60,713 bases of DNA from a candidate division WOR-3 bacterium (GTDB taxonomy: Bacteria; Hydrothermota; 32-111): assembly GCA_030592285.1 (NCBI GenBank), contig JAUVJU010000001.1, positions 1 to 60,713 on the forward strand, read 5' to 3'. How positions within the stretch are numbered: position 1 is the first letter of the stretch; every line of letters starts with the position of its first letter. The notes under the pieces are model-generated. The model did not search any database, had not been told where the DNA came from, and saw only the letters and a program-made list of their open reading frames with translations. Made by a program: the position numbers and the translations under genes. This document shows, one piece after another, positions 19,068 through 27,554 of this stretch.

Positions 19068-21544
19068 AGATCTTCTACTTTAATAATCATATTCTCTTCT
19101 TTTTTATAAAAATTTTCTCTGTAAATTTCAATATCTTCTGTTCCTTTTAATCCAATCACACTTTTCATTATTTCATCAAATTTGATATTTCCTTCAGTAT
19201 TATATTTTAGTATTACTCTTATAAGAGTATCTCTTATTTCAATATTGTCAATATAATTCCTTATATTGACTTCCGTGATCTTTCCATCTTTTTCTCTTTT
19301 AATAATAAAGTCATTTGCTAATAAAAATTTTTCAATGCTATTTTCAATGGTATTTGAAATAGGTAATTTAAATACCATATTTAATCTATTTAATTGTTTT
19401 ATAATTGACATTCTGTCACTCAATAATTCTTTCATATAATAGAACTGTATATCCTTTGGCATAACTTTATTTAGTAAATTAAGAGTATTATCATCAGGTT
19501 TTGATGAAACAAATGTTTCCATGATCTCCATATTTGAGTATACACCAACCGGTTTTGGAGGTCCATAAACCGATTTGATCTTAGGATTAAATCCCTGTGT
19601 ATATACAAAGTCAATTCCACTTCTCCTCATTCCATAATTCATTAAGTTAATAATTCTTAAATGAGAAAGATACTGATAGTCCCTTGTAACAGTATATGCA
19701 AAAAATAATTTAATGCGTCTTGTTATTGAATTACTTACTACTTTTTTTTGTCTCTTCTTAAAAGCAGATTCTGCCTTTTCAATCTTAATTTTTCTTTTCT
19801 TTACTCCTGCAATTTTGCCATCACATGCATTACATCCTGTACATTCATCTTCTCTACAATCAATTGTATATTTAAGCTTTTCAGCAGCAAGATACTCTCT
19901 TTCAAGAAAACCCCTTGAAACCTTTGTATGAATGAAATCCCATGGTAAGTCTTCATCAGGTCTTTTCCCCTTTAAAAAATCAAATAGATCTATTTCTGCA
20001 TTTTCGGCAGCTTCTTTCCAAATTGAAAAATCAAAATGCTCACTCCACTCATCAAGCCGTGCACCTTTATTATATGCATTAAGGATCATTTGATTAAGCT
20101 GCTCATCACCTCTAGCAAATACTCCTTCCAAAAAGGTTATTTCCTTTTCACGAAAAGACATTTCTACATTTCTCCCAAATACACCTTTCTGTATTTTTTT
20201 AATCCGCTTTTCTAATTCATCAGGACTAATCTGTTCACACCATTGGAATGGAGTAAATGTCCTTGGTACAAAAGGAGATACCGATACATTAAATCTAATA
20301 TTTCTAAATTTACCTGTTATTCTATTAATAAGTTCACTAATTGCATCAATATCCTCATCTGTTTCAAATGGTAAACCAATCATAAAATAAAGTTTAAATT
20401 TTTTCCATCCATATTTGATCCCTAATTTTATTGTTTCAATAATTTCTTCTTCTGAAATATTTTTATTGATTATTGCTTTCATTTTAGATGATGCGGTCTC
20501 AATAGCAATGGTTATTCCTGATTTTCGTATTTTTGATACACATTCATATATGGACTCATCAACTGATCCAATCCTCAGTGATGGTAAAGATACGGATGCA
20601 TGTTTAATAGCAAGTTTATTTGATAATGTTCTTAATAATGTTTCAATTTCAATATAGTCGCCGGCAGATAATGATAATAATGTTATTTCCTTATAGCCCG
20701 TTTTATCTATACGATTTAAAGCATTTTCAATAATATGCTTAACGGGCACTTCACGAACAGGTCTATATATCATTCCTGCCTGACAGAATCTACACCCTTT
20801 TGTGCAGCCCCTGCTTATTTCTACAATATCTCTATCATGTACAATATTTACATTTGGTACTAATGGCTTTTTAAAATATTTATATGAATCAATATTATCA
20901 TTAATAATTTGATATACCTCCTTTTCAGCTCCTGAATTTCTTGGCACATAAGTATAGGATAATTCATCAAATCTTTGTATTGCTTCTCCCCTTGATAATT
21001 CACCTGATTTCCTTTTTCTTAATATATTTACTATATCATCACTCATTGCTTCTGCTTCACCAATAAAAAATACATCAATAAAGTCATTTATGGGAAAAGG
21101 ATTATATATTGCTGTTCCACCTGCACATATTATAGGATCATCTTCTTTCCTTTTCTCTGCCTTGATTGATATTCCGGATAGGTCAAGAATTGCAAGCATA
21201 TTCGTATATGTCAATTCATATTCAAGTGTAAATCCAAGCATATCAAATTCTTTTATAGGAGTAGCTGATTCAAGTGATAATAAAGATATCTGCTTTTCTC
21301 TTAGCATCTTTTCCATATCTGGCTCTACAGCGTAAACGCGTTCTGCATAAACATCAAAATAGGTATTAAACATCTGGTAAATTAGTCTATGACCAAATGA
21401 TGACATTCCAATAGAATAAAGATCTGGAAAAGACAAACAAATCCTAATTTTATCTTCACAATTCTTTTCAATAATATTATATTCATTGCCTATATATTGG
21501 GCAGGATTCATTACATTTCTAAGAATACTGTCAGGATATCTCAT
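19064..21544 (-). CDS. radical SAM protein (B12-binding-like N-terminus + radical SAM core + DUF2344-like C-terminus)
   Basis: CX3CX2C in EISRGCTKGCRFCQAGMIYRPVRE. 826 aa in the common fused architecture found upstream of rng. Confidence 0.82.
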   Translation of the reverse strand: MRYPDSILRNVMNPAQYIGNEYNIIEKNCEDKIRICLSFPDLYSIGMSSFGHRLIYQMFNTYFDVYAERVYAVEPDMEKMLREKQISLLSLESATPIKEFDMLGFTLEYELTYTNMLAILDLSGISIKAEKRKEDDPIICAGGTAIYNPFPINDFIDVFFIGEAEAMSDDIVNILRKRKSGELSRGEAIQRFDELSYTYVPRNSGAEKEVYQIINDNIDSYKYFKKPLVPNVNIVHDRDIVEISRGCTKGCRFCQAGMIYRPVREVPVKHIIENALNRIDKTGYKEITLLSLSAGDYIEIETLLRTLSNKLAIKHASVSLPSLRIGSVDESIYECVSKIRKSGITIAIETASSKMKAIINKNISEEEIIETIKLGIKYGWKKFKLYFMIGLPFETDEDIDAISELINRITGKFRNIRFNVSVSPFVPRTFTPFQWCEQISPDELEKRIKKIQKGVFGRNVEMSFREKEITFLEGVFARGDEQLNQMILNAYNKGARLDEWSEHFDFSIWKEAAENAEIDLFDFLKGKRPDEDLPWDFIHTKVSRGFLEREYLAAEKLKYTIDCREDECTGCNACDGKIAGVKKRKIKIEKAESAFKKRQKKVVSNSITRRIKLFFAYTVTRDYQYLSHLRIINLMNYGMRRSGIDFVYTQGFNPKIKSVYGPPKPVGVYSNMEIMETFVSSKPDDNTLNLLNKVMPKDIQFYYMKELLSDRMSIIKQLNRLNMVFKLPISNTIENSIEKFLLANDFIIKREKDGKITEVNIRNYIDNIEIRDTLIRVILKYNTEGNIKFDEIMKSVIGLKGTEDIEIYRENFYKKEENMIIKVEDL

Positions 21545-22421
21545 TGCCTGTTAATTCCTTAAAAATATTTCTATATATAATGGATGTTTCCTGAATAATA
21601 CTATCAGGAATATCCGGAGGAGAGGACTCAATATCCCAATTTGATTCAAGTAAATAATTTCTTATAAACTGCTTATCATAACTTTCCTGTTTTCTTCCTT
21701 TTTCATACCTATTCTTATTCCAGAATCTTGATGAATCAGGTGTTAATAGTTCATCTATAATAATAAGTTCATTATCTAATAATCCAAATTCCATTTTAGT
21801 ATCGGCAATTATAATATTTTTTTCTAATGCAAAATCACTGCACTTAGTAAATATCTGTTCTGTTTTTTCCTTTAATAGATTTGCCAATCCAGGATCCACT
21901 ATTTTCTTCATATCATCAAAAGAAATATTTTCATCATGCCCATGCTCTGCCTTTGTTGATGGAGTAAAAAGTGGTTTATTAAATTTCTCCGATTCAATAA
22001 GTTCCTCATTTATGAACATACCGCCAATTGAGTGCTCTTTGCTATATTCTTTCCAGCCAGAGCCAGTGATATAGCCCCTCATAATACATTCAATTGGTAA
22101 TGGTTTTGCTTTTTCTGCAATAATAAATCTTCCTTTTAGATAATCATACTTTTTTAAAAAATCAGGAAGTAATTCAAAATCATCATGTATAATATGATTA
22201 TCAATAATATCCTCTGTCATTTGAAAGAAAAAGAGTGATATTTTATTAAGTACAATGCCTTTATATGGTATTGTTTGATTAAGAATATGGTCAAATGCAG
22301 AGACTCTGTCTGTTGTGATTATAAGTAAATTATTTTCAAAATCATAAATATCCCTTATTTTACCCCTTGATAAAAGCTTTAATTCCTTAATCTCACTTTT
22401 TCTTAACATCCTGTCTTCCAT
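21531..22421 (-). CDS. purC: phosphoribosylaminoimidazole-succinocarboxamide synthase
   Basis: Motifs SRGKIRDIYD, TDRVSAFD and ADTKMEFG. Confidence 0.92.
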   Translation of the reverse strand: MEDRMLRKSEIKELKLLSRGKIRDIYDFENNLLIITTDRVSAFDHILNQTIPYKGIVLNKISLFFFQMTEDIIDNHIIHDDFELLPDFLKKYDYLKGRFIIAEKAKPLPIECIMRGYITGSGWKEYSKEHSIGGMFINEELIESEKFNKPLFTPSTKAEHGHDENISFDDMKKIVDPGLANLLKEKTEQIFTKCSDFALEKNIIIADTKMEFGLLDNELIIIDELLTPDSSRFWNKNRYEKGRKQESYDKQFIRNYLLESNWDIESSPPDIPDSIIQETSIIYRNIFKELTGNEIS

Positions 22422-22869
22422 TGTTTATCAATTTGTTAAGTTCTTCCATAAATTCCTTCATATCCTTAAACTGTCTATAAACAGAAGCAAATCTGATATA
22501 GGATACCTCATCTGCTTTCTTTAATAAATCCATTATAAGATTTCCAATATCAGATGATTCTAATTCACCACTTTCCTGCGAAAAAATAAATTTCTCAACT
22601 GTTTGAACAATTTCATCAATCTTTTCCACCGGAACAGGTCTTTTCTTGCAGGCAAGAGCAATGCCCTCAACAATCTTCTGTCTATTATATGGCTCTCTTC
22701 TTCCATCCCTTTTTATAATTAATACTGGAACCTTTTCAATATATTCATAGGTTGTAAATCGCCTATTACATTCAACACATTCCCTTCTTCTTCTTACAGA
22801 AAGACCCTCTTTACTTGTTCTTGAGTCAATTACTCTGTTTTCTTCAAAACCACAAAAAGGACACTTCAT
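22393..22869 (-). CDS. nrdR: transcriptional repressor NrdR
   Basis: Zinc ribbon MKCPFCG...CVECNRRFTTYE plus an ATP-cone. Confidence 0.93.
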   Translation of the reverse strand: MKCPFCGFEENRVIDSRTSKEGLSVRRRRECVECNRRFTTYEYIEKVPVLIIKRDGRREPYNRQKIVEGIALACKKRPVPVEKIDEIVQTVEKFIFSQESGELESSDIGNLIMDLLKKADEVSYIRFASVYRQFKDMKEFMEELNKLINNGRQDVKKK

Positions 22870-23345
22870 TTTTTCAATGTATTGTTAATAAGTTCAATAG
22901 TATCTGAGCATGATACTGTCATACCATTTTCATCCTGTCCATAATATGTTTCAACAAATTTACCTTCAGTATAATTTGTTGTGGAAAAAGAAGCATTGTA
23001 TGATATACTGCTGCTTCCATTTATCTCTGCCGTGCCAAACCATTCTTCAATATCTCCCTTATAATATTTTCTTGTAGAGACAACATTATTATCAGCAGTA
23101 AGAAAAACCGATATGCAGGCAACATTATCAGGTCCATAATTACCTATAGTTACATCAACATCCTCTGTTTCTCTTATTCTAATAGTAATGTCCCATGTCC
23201 AGCCATTTGTACTTGTATAATATGGATCAGCTGCAGGATTTGGAGAATATGTTAATGATAATTTTGCAGTTGGAACAAATGGTATAAGCTCACATCCTGC
23301 AAAGACCAAAATTAAAACAATTGATAAAACTAAATATTTTTTCAT
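22866..23345 (-). CDS. hypothetical lipoprotein
   Basis: Lipobox VFAGC, 159 aa, AGGAG upstream. Its stop overlaps the nrdR start (ATGA). Confidence 0.6.
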   Translation of the reverse strand: MKKYLVLSIVLILVFAGCELIPFVPTAKLSLTYSPNPAADPYYTSTNGWTWDITIRIRETEDVDVTIGNYGPDNVACISVFLTADNNVVSTRKYYKGDIEEWFGTAEINGSSSISYNASFSTTNYTEGKFVETYYGQDENGMTVSCSDTIELINNTLKK

Positions 23346-23547
23346 ATATACTCCTTATAAAAAGATATTAATATTATAAAACATACACGTTATTACTAAA
23401 AATAAATCTCATTTTTATATTACTCATCTTCTCCTATGTTGTCATTCCTGCGTTGTAAATCTACTGTGGTGGAAGGGCAGGAATCCATCTTAGATATTTG
23501 ATTCATAAACACCGCTCGTAATTTTGCCTTTTTCATTTTACTATATT

Positions 23548-23576
23548 ATATTATTGTATTCATAGGGATAGGTCAA
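23548..23576 (-). promoter_or_regulatory. candidate promoter (TTGACC-17-TAATAT) inside a conserved 30-nt motif
   Basis: The minus strand reads TTGACC (23576-23571), a 17-nt spacer, then TAATAT (23553-23548). It points toward the lipoprotein-nrdR-purC string. Confidence 0.35.
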
Positions 23577-23748
23577 TACCTGTTCTTAATATTCTTCCCT
23601 ATTTTTCTGTTTACATATGCCAAGATTTCTATGTGTAATATCTGTGAAAACCGATTAATTGTTATAGAAAATACCATATTTTTCTGCTTTTATTTTATAC
23701 GAAATATTTTTTGATTTCATTGTAGAAAAAATACAATCATGCTTTTTC

Positions 23749-23787
23749 CGTGATTCGCGATTCGCGAATCGCGAATCGCGAATCACG
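23749..23787. repeat. perfect 39-nt hairpin (18-bp stem, AAT loop) built from GATTCGC/GCGAATC heptads
   Basis: CGTGATTCGCGATTCGCG-AAT-CGCGAATCGCGAATCACG. Every stem position pairs (checked base by base). Confidence 0.9.
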
Positions 23788-23889
23788 AATATGCCTATTG
23801 TAAATATTATAATTGTTGCAAAAAGAAAATGTTGGATACCAAATTAGATTTGGAATAATATCAAGAAAGAAATTAAAAGGAAGATAGGG

Positions 23890-23915
23890 AAAAAAGGGGA
23901 GAAAAGATTCTCCCC
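23890..23915 (-). terminator. rho-independent terminator after the aldehyde dehydrogenase gene
   Basis: The minus strand reads GGGGAGAA-TCTT-TTCTCCCC followed by TTTTTT, starting 5 nt after the TAG stop. Confidence 0.65.
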
Positions 23916-23920
23916 TTTTT

Positions 23921-25417
23921 CTATTTTTCAATACTTGTATCAATTTGTGCTTTTTGAAGTTTTCCGGAATAATCAATATATACCGTTTTCTGTTCAGTAT
24001 ATATTTCATAAACAGTCCATCCGCCTTCTCTATGTCCATTACCTGTTGATTTAACTCCACCAAAAGGCATATGACATTCCGCACCAATAGTTGGACCATT
24101 AATATAGGTAATACCTGAATCAATATCCTCAACAGCATGCATTGCATTATTAATGTTTTTTGTGTATATGCATGAAGATAAACCATATTGAACATCATTA
24201 ATAACCTCAATTGCTTCATCAAATGATTTTACTTTAATAATTGAAAGAACAGGACCAAATATCTCTTCCTGTTCAAGTCGTGAAAATGGTTTTACATTTG
24301 TAAATATTGTAGGTCTATAGAACCATCCACCTGCACATTCACCCTCTTTATACTGCTCGCCGCCTGTAATTAATGTTGCACCCTCTTTCTTTCCAATTTC
24401 CGTATAGGAATGTATCTTTTTCAAGGCAGATTCATTAATAACCGGTCCAAGATCAGTATCTTCATTCCATGGCATTCCTATTTTCATTTTCTCTGCTCTG
24501 TTTTTTAATTTTTCAACAAATTCATCATGAACGGCTTCATGAATAATTATTCTTGAAGTTGCAGTACATCTTTGACCTGCTGTTCCAAATGCACCAAATA
24601 ATGCTCCATCAACTGCAAGATCAATATCCGCATCATCCATAACAATTTGTGCATTTTTACCACCAAGTTCCAATGATACCTTTTTCAAACTCTGTCCTGC
24701 AACTGATGCAATATGCTTGCCTACCTCTGATGAACCGGTAAATGAAATAACTCCAATATCAGGATTTTCCAAAATCGCATTCCCAACAGCAGAACCTGGA
24801 CCATTAACCAAATTAATTACTCCATCAGGAATACCTGCTTCAATCATTATATCAAATAGTTTGGCTACCATTAATGGTGTATCTGATGCAGGTTTAATAA
24901 CAAGTGTGTTTCCTGAAAGTAATGCAGGAAACATTTTCCATGTTGGAATTGCAACGGGAAAATTCCAAGGACATATCATTCCTGCAACACCTATTGGTCT
25001 TAAAAATGTCATATTTATTTTATTGGGCAATTCTGATGGGGATGTTTTTCCAAAGAATCTTCTACCTTCACCAAATGCATAATAGGCAGTATCTATACCT
25101 TCCTGAACATCGCCTCTTGATTCACTAATGATCTTACCCATTTCTTTTGCCATTAATTGTGCAAGTTCCTCTTTCCTTTCAACCATTATGTCCCCTACTT
25201 TTCCAAGTAGTTCTCCTCTCTTTGCTACAGGGACCTTTTTCCATTTTTTAAATGCTTTTTTCGCTGCTTTTACTGCTTCATCAACATCTTCCTTGTCTGA
25301 TTTTGCAACTACTGCTAATACTTCATTCCACTTTGCCGGCATACGGGTCTCAAATGTATCACCACTTTTTGCATCAACCCATTTTCCATTAATAAAATTC
25401 TTTATTGTTTCTGCCAT
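23921..25417 (-). CDS. NAD(P)-dependent aldehyde dehydrogenase family protein
   Basis: Motifs SLELGGKNAQIV, catalytic Cys in GQRCTATSR and EEIFGPV. 498 aa. Confidence 0.9.
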   Translation of the reverse strand: MAETIKNFINGKWVDAKSGDTFETRMPAKWNEVLAVVAKSDKEDVDEAVKAAKKAFKKWKKVPVAKRGELLGKVGDIMVERKEELAQLMAKEMGKIISESRGDVQEGIDTAYYAFGEGRRFFGKTSPSELPNKINMTFLRPIGVAGMICPWNFPVAIPTWKMFPALLSGNTLVIKPASDTPLMVAKLFDIMIEAGIPDGVINLVNGPGSAVGNAILENPDIGVISFTGSSEVGKHIASVAGQSLKKVSLELGGKNAQIVMDDADIDLAVDGALFGAFGTAGQRCTATSRIIIHEAVHDEFVEKLKNRAEKMKIGMPWNEDTDLGPVINESALKKIHSYTEIGKKEGATLITGGEQYKEGECAGGWFYRPTIFTNVKPFSRLEQEEIFGPVLSIIKVKSFDEAIEVINDVQYGLSSCIYTKNINNAMHAVEDIDSGITYINGPTIGAECHMPFGGVKSTGNGHREGGWTVYEIYTEQKTVYIDYSGKLQKAQIDTSIEK

Positions 25418-25433
25418 AATGCCTCCTCCTGGC

Positions 25434-26354
25434 TTACTTAAATGTTTTTAATAGTTTTTCCATATTCAGATCTGGAGGAAATGCTTCCTCAAATAATGTT
25501 ACTGATTCCGAAGTATATGATCTAATATTACTAATATCATCAAGTGTAAGTACAATTTTCTCATAGGATGATAATTCTCCATAACCCTTAAATACTATTG
25601 TATGATTCCCGGGTGATTCTACTGCCTTTCTCATTCCTTTTCCATCATATCCACCCAAAATAATATCTATGCCCTCTATCTTATCAGCCAATGAAAAATC
25701 ATGATCCAAACCAATTGATGTTAATCCTATAATAATATCACATTTATTCTGTTTTAATATATTAACAAGTGCCTCTGCTGTTTTAATTTCCTTTTCAATT
25801 TTAACTGTTTTTAATATATGTTTTCTTAGATCAAAAACAGAATATTCCGTTGTAAGTCCAAATATCCCAATCTTAACACCCTTTTCTTCAATAATAATAT
25901 AATCCTTAAGCCCAATATCACTATCAATGAAATCAATGTTTGACATAAGAACAGGCATATTGAAATTAGCAAAATTCTTTTCAATAAATTTTGCTCCTGA
26001 TGATATCTCATCAATACCAAGATTCACAGCATCATATTTTAATTCATTAAAAACCGTAATTGCCCTACTTAATGAAACAGAATCATGTTCAATATGTTTA
26101 ATTGCAAAATTACCGGAATCAAAGAGAAGTAAAATATTTCCATCTTTCTGTGCCTCTTCTCTTTCCCATTTAATTGCCGTAGCAAATGAATACACTCCAC
26201 CAAGCATTGGAGGGAAATCCGGATTTATAAAGGTTGCACCCCTTGATTGAAAAACATCCTTTATATCATTTGTATGCAAAATTATAACTTTCATTGAAAA
26301 AACAGGTATTACTATTGAAATCATTAATATTATTACAAATATTCTCTTAATCAT
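25434..26354 (-). CDS. secreted calcineurin-like metallophosphatase / 5'-nucleotidase N-domain homologue with degenerate metal-binding motifs
   Basis: Signal peptide. ILHTNDIKDV, LLFDSGNF and NLGIDEIS align to the UshA-type motifs HTND.HG, D.GD and GNHEF but lack the second His, the bridging Asp and the Asn-His. Confidence 0.55.
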   Translation of the reverse strand: MIKRIFVIILMISIVIPVFSMKVIILHTNDIKDVFQSRGATFINPDFPPMLGGVYSFATAIKWEREEAQKDGNILLLFDSGNFAIKHIEHDSVSLSRAITVFNELKYDAVNLGIDEISSGAKFIEKNFANFNMPVLMSNIDFIDSDIGLKDYIIIEEKGVKIGIFGLTTEYSVFDLRKHILKTVKIEKEIKTAEALVNILKQNKCDIIIGLTSIGLDHDFSLADKIEGIDIILGGYDGKGMRKAVESPGNHTIVFKGYGELSSYEKIVLTLDDISNIRSYTSESVTLFEEAFPPDLNMEKLLKTFK

Positions 26355-26363
26355 AAAAAACTC

Positions 26364-26951
26364 CTATTTAATAACTGTTATTTTTGAAAATGATTTTGAC
26401 ATAATATAATCAAAATATTTTTCATATTCAAGAGCAATACCAATAGACCTAATTATTACTGAACATTCATTGTTCTTATCCAAAGCCCAATAACTCCAGT
26501 TGGTAGAGCCGACAATGGTGTAAAGAGAATCAATGATAAGTGTTTTACTATGTACAGTCTCATCAGGATCATCATAATAGACATCAATGCCGCCGCTTCT
26601 TAAAAATTCACCAAGTGCAAGATTTCCATATGATTGACCAGGATTATAGCCCGCCTGATCAAGTACTATTTGAACCTCAACACCTCTATTAACTGCATCA
26701 AATAACACTTGATACATTTGTCTATTAACACCGCTGGGATAATTGGGATAATAACCGCCTGACAGCATAAATATATGGATTGTCTTTTCAGCATTTCTAA
26801 AGAGTTTTATTGCATTAGGTGTGTAATCCCTGTTATTAATCGGATAAACACCATCAGCATCCATATATTCAATATCATTTTCAATGGTTATATCTGCAAA
26901 TAATATAACTGCTAATAATGAAATAATTGAAATTATTATTATCTTTTTCAT
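26364..26951 (-). CDS. secreted single-HKD phospholipase D superfamily protein (Nuc-like)
   Basis: Signal peptide, and one intact HxK(x)4D(x)6GSxN motif: HSKTLIIDSLYTIVGSTN. About 195 aa. Confidence 0.8.
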   Translation of the reverse strand: MKKIIIISIISLLAVILFADITIENDIEYMDADGVYPINNRDYTPNAIKLFRNAEKTIHIFMLSGGYYPNYPSGVNRQMYQVLFDAVNRGVEVQIVLDQAGYNPGQSYGNLALGEFLRSGGIDVYYDDPDETVHSKTLIIDSLYTIVGSTNWSYWALDKNNECSVIIRSIGIALEYEKYFDYIMSKSFSKITVIK

Positions 26952-26961
26952 ATGTTTCTCC

Positions 26962-27540
26962 TTACCTTGGGATAGTCAATTCTACAGTAGAAAATTCAAG
27001 AAGACGATGAAAATAATCAACATAATCAAGAGCAAGCTTTTCAGATTTTACAATAACTGCGGATTCATTGTTTTTCTCAAATGCATAAAAACTCCAATTA
27101 GTTGAACCAATAACAGTATAAAGAGAATCCACAATAACAACCTTTGTATGCGTTGTTTTATCTGCCGGGTCAAAATATACTTCAACACCATTTGCTTTCA
27201 TATATTCGGCAAATTGTTCATTTTTCAGTGTTGATGATACATTCCATGATGATTGATCTACAATGATCTGCACCTTTACATCCCTTTCGGCTGCTCTAAT
27301 CAATGCTTTATACATTTGCCTATTAACACCATCAGGGTATTTTTCATAATACCTTACCTGATAGATCATTGCCTGAATACTATTTTCTGCACTATCAAAG
27401 AGTTTTATCATATTAGGCACATAATCCGTTTTATTAATCACAGCAATACCTTCGGTATCATAAAAAGGAACAATATCCTCGCATATAATTAATGTAAATG
27501 CACCTAAGAGAAGTATAATTATGAACAATGGTTTTTTCAT
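26962..27540 (-). CDS. secreted single-HKD phospholipase D superfamily protein (Nuc-like), paralogue of 26364..26951
   Basis: HTKVVIVDSLYTVIGSTN. Shares blocks with its neighbour along the full length (YP.GVNRQMY, V.VQI..DQ, VDSLYT..GSTNWS). Confidence 0.8.
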   Translation of the reverse strand: MKKPLFIIILLLGAFTLIICEDIVPFYDTEGIAVINKTDYVPNMIKLFDSAENSIQAMIYQVRYYEKYPDGVNRQMYKALIRAAERDVKVQIIVDQSSWNVSSTLKNEQFAEYMKANGVEVYFDPADKTTHTKVVIVDSLYTVIGSTNWSFYAFEKNNESAVIVKSEKLALDYVDYFHRLLEFSTVELTIPR

Positions 27541-27554
27541 ATTTACCTCCCTTG

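Noticed and set aside
23444-23484. The ATTCCTGC ... GCAGGAAT inverted repeat (8-bp stem, 25-nt loop), considered as another REP-type element.
   Set aside because: A short stem with a large loop, a single copy, and no similarity to the GGGC...GCCC hairpins. The evidence is insufficient.
23749-23787. The heptad-repeat region considered as a CRISPR array or minisatellite. I also scanned the whole window for regularly spaced 25-40-nt direct repeats.
   Set aside because: The units are 7 nt with no spacers and form one palindrome. I found no repeat-spacer periodicity and no cas genes anywhere in the window.
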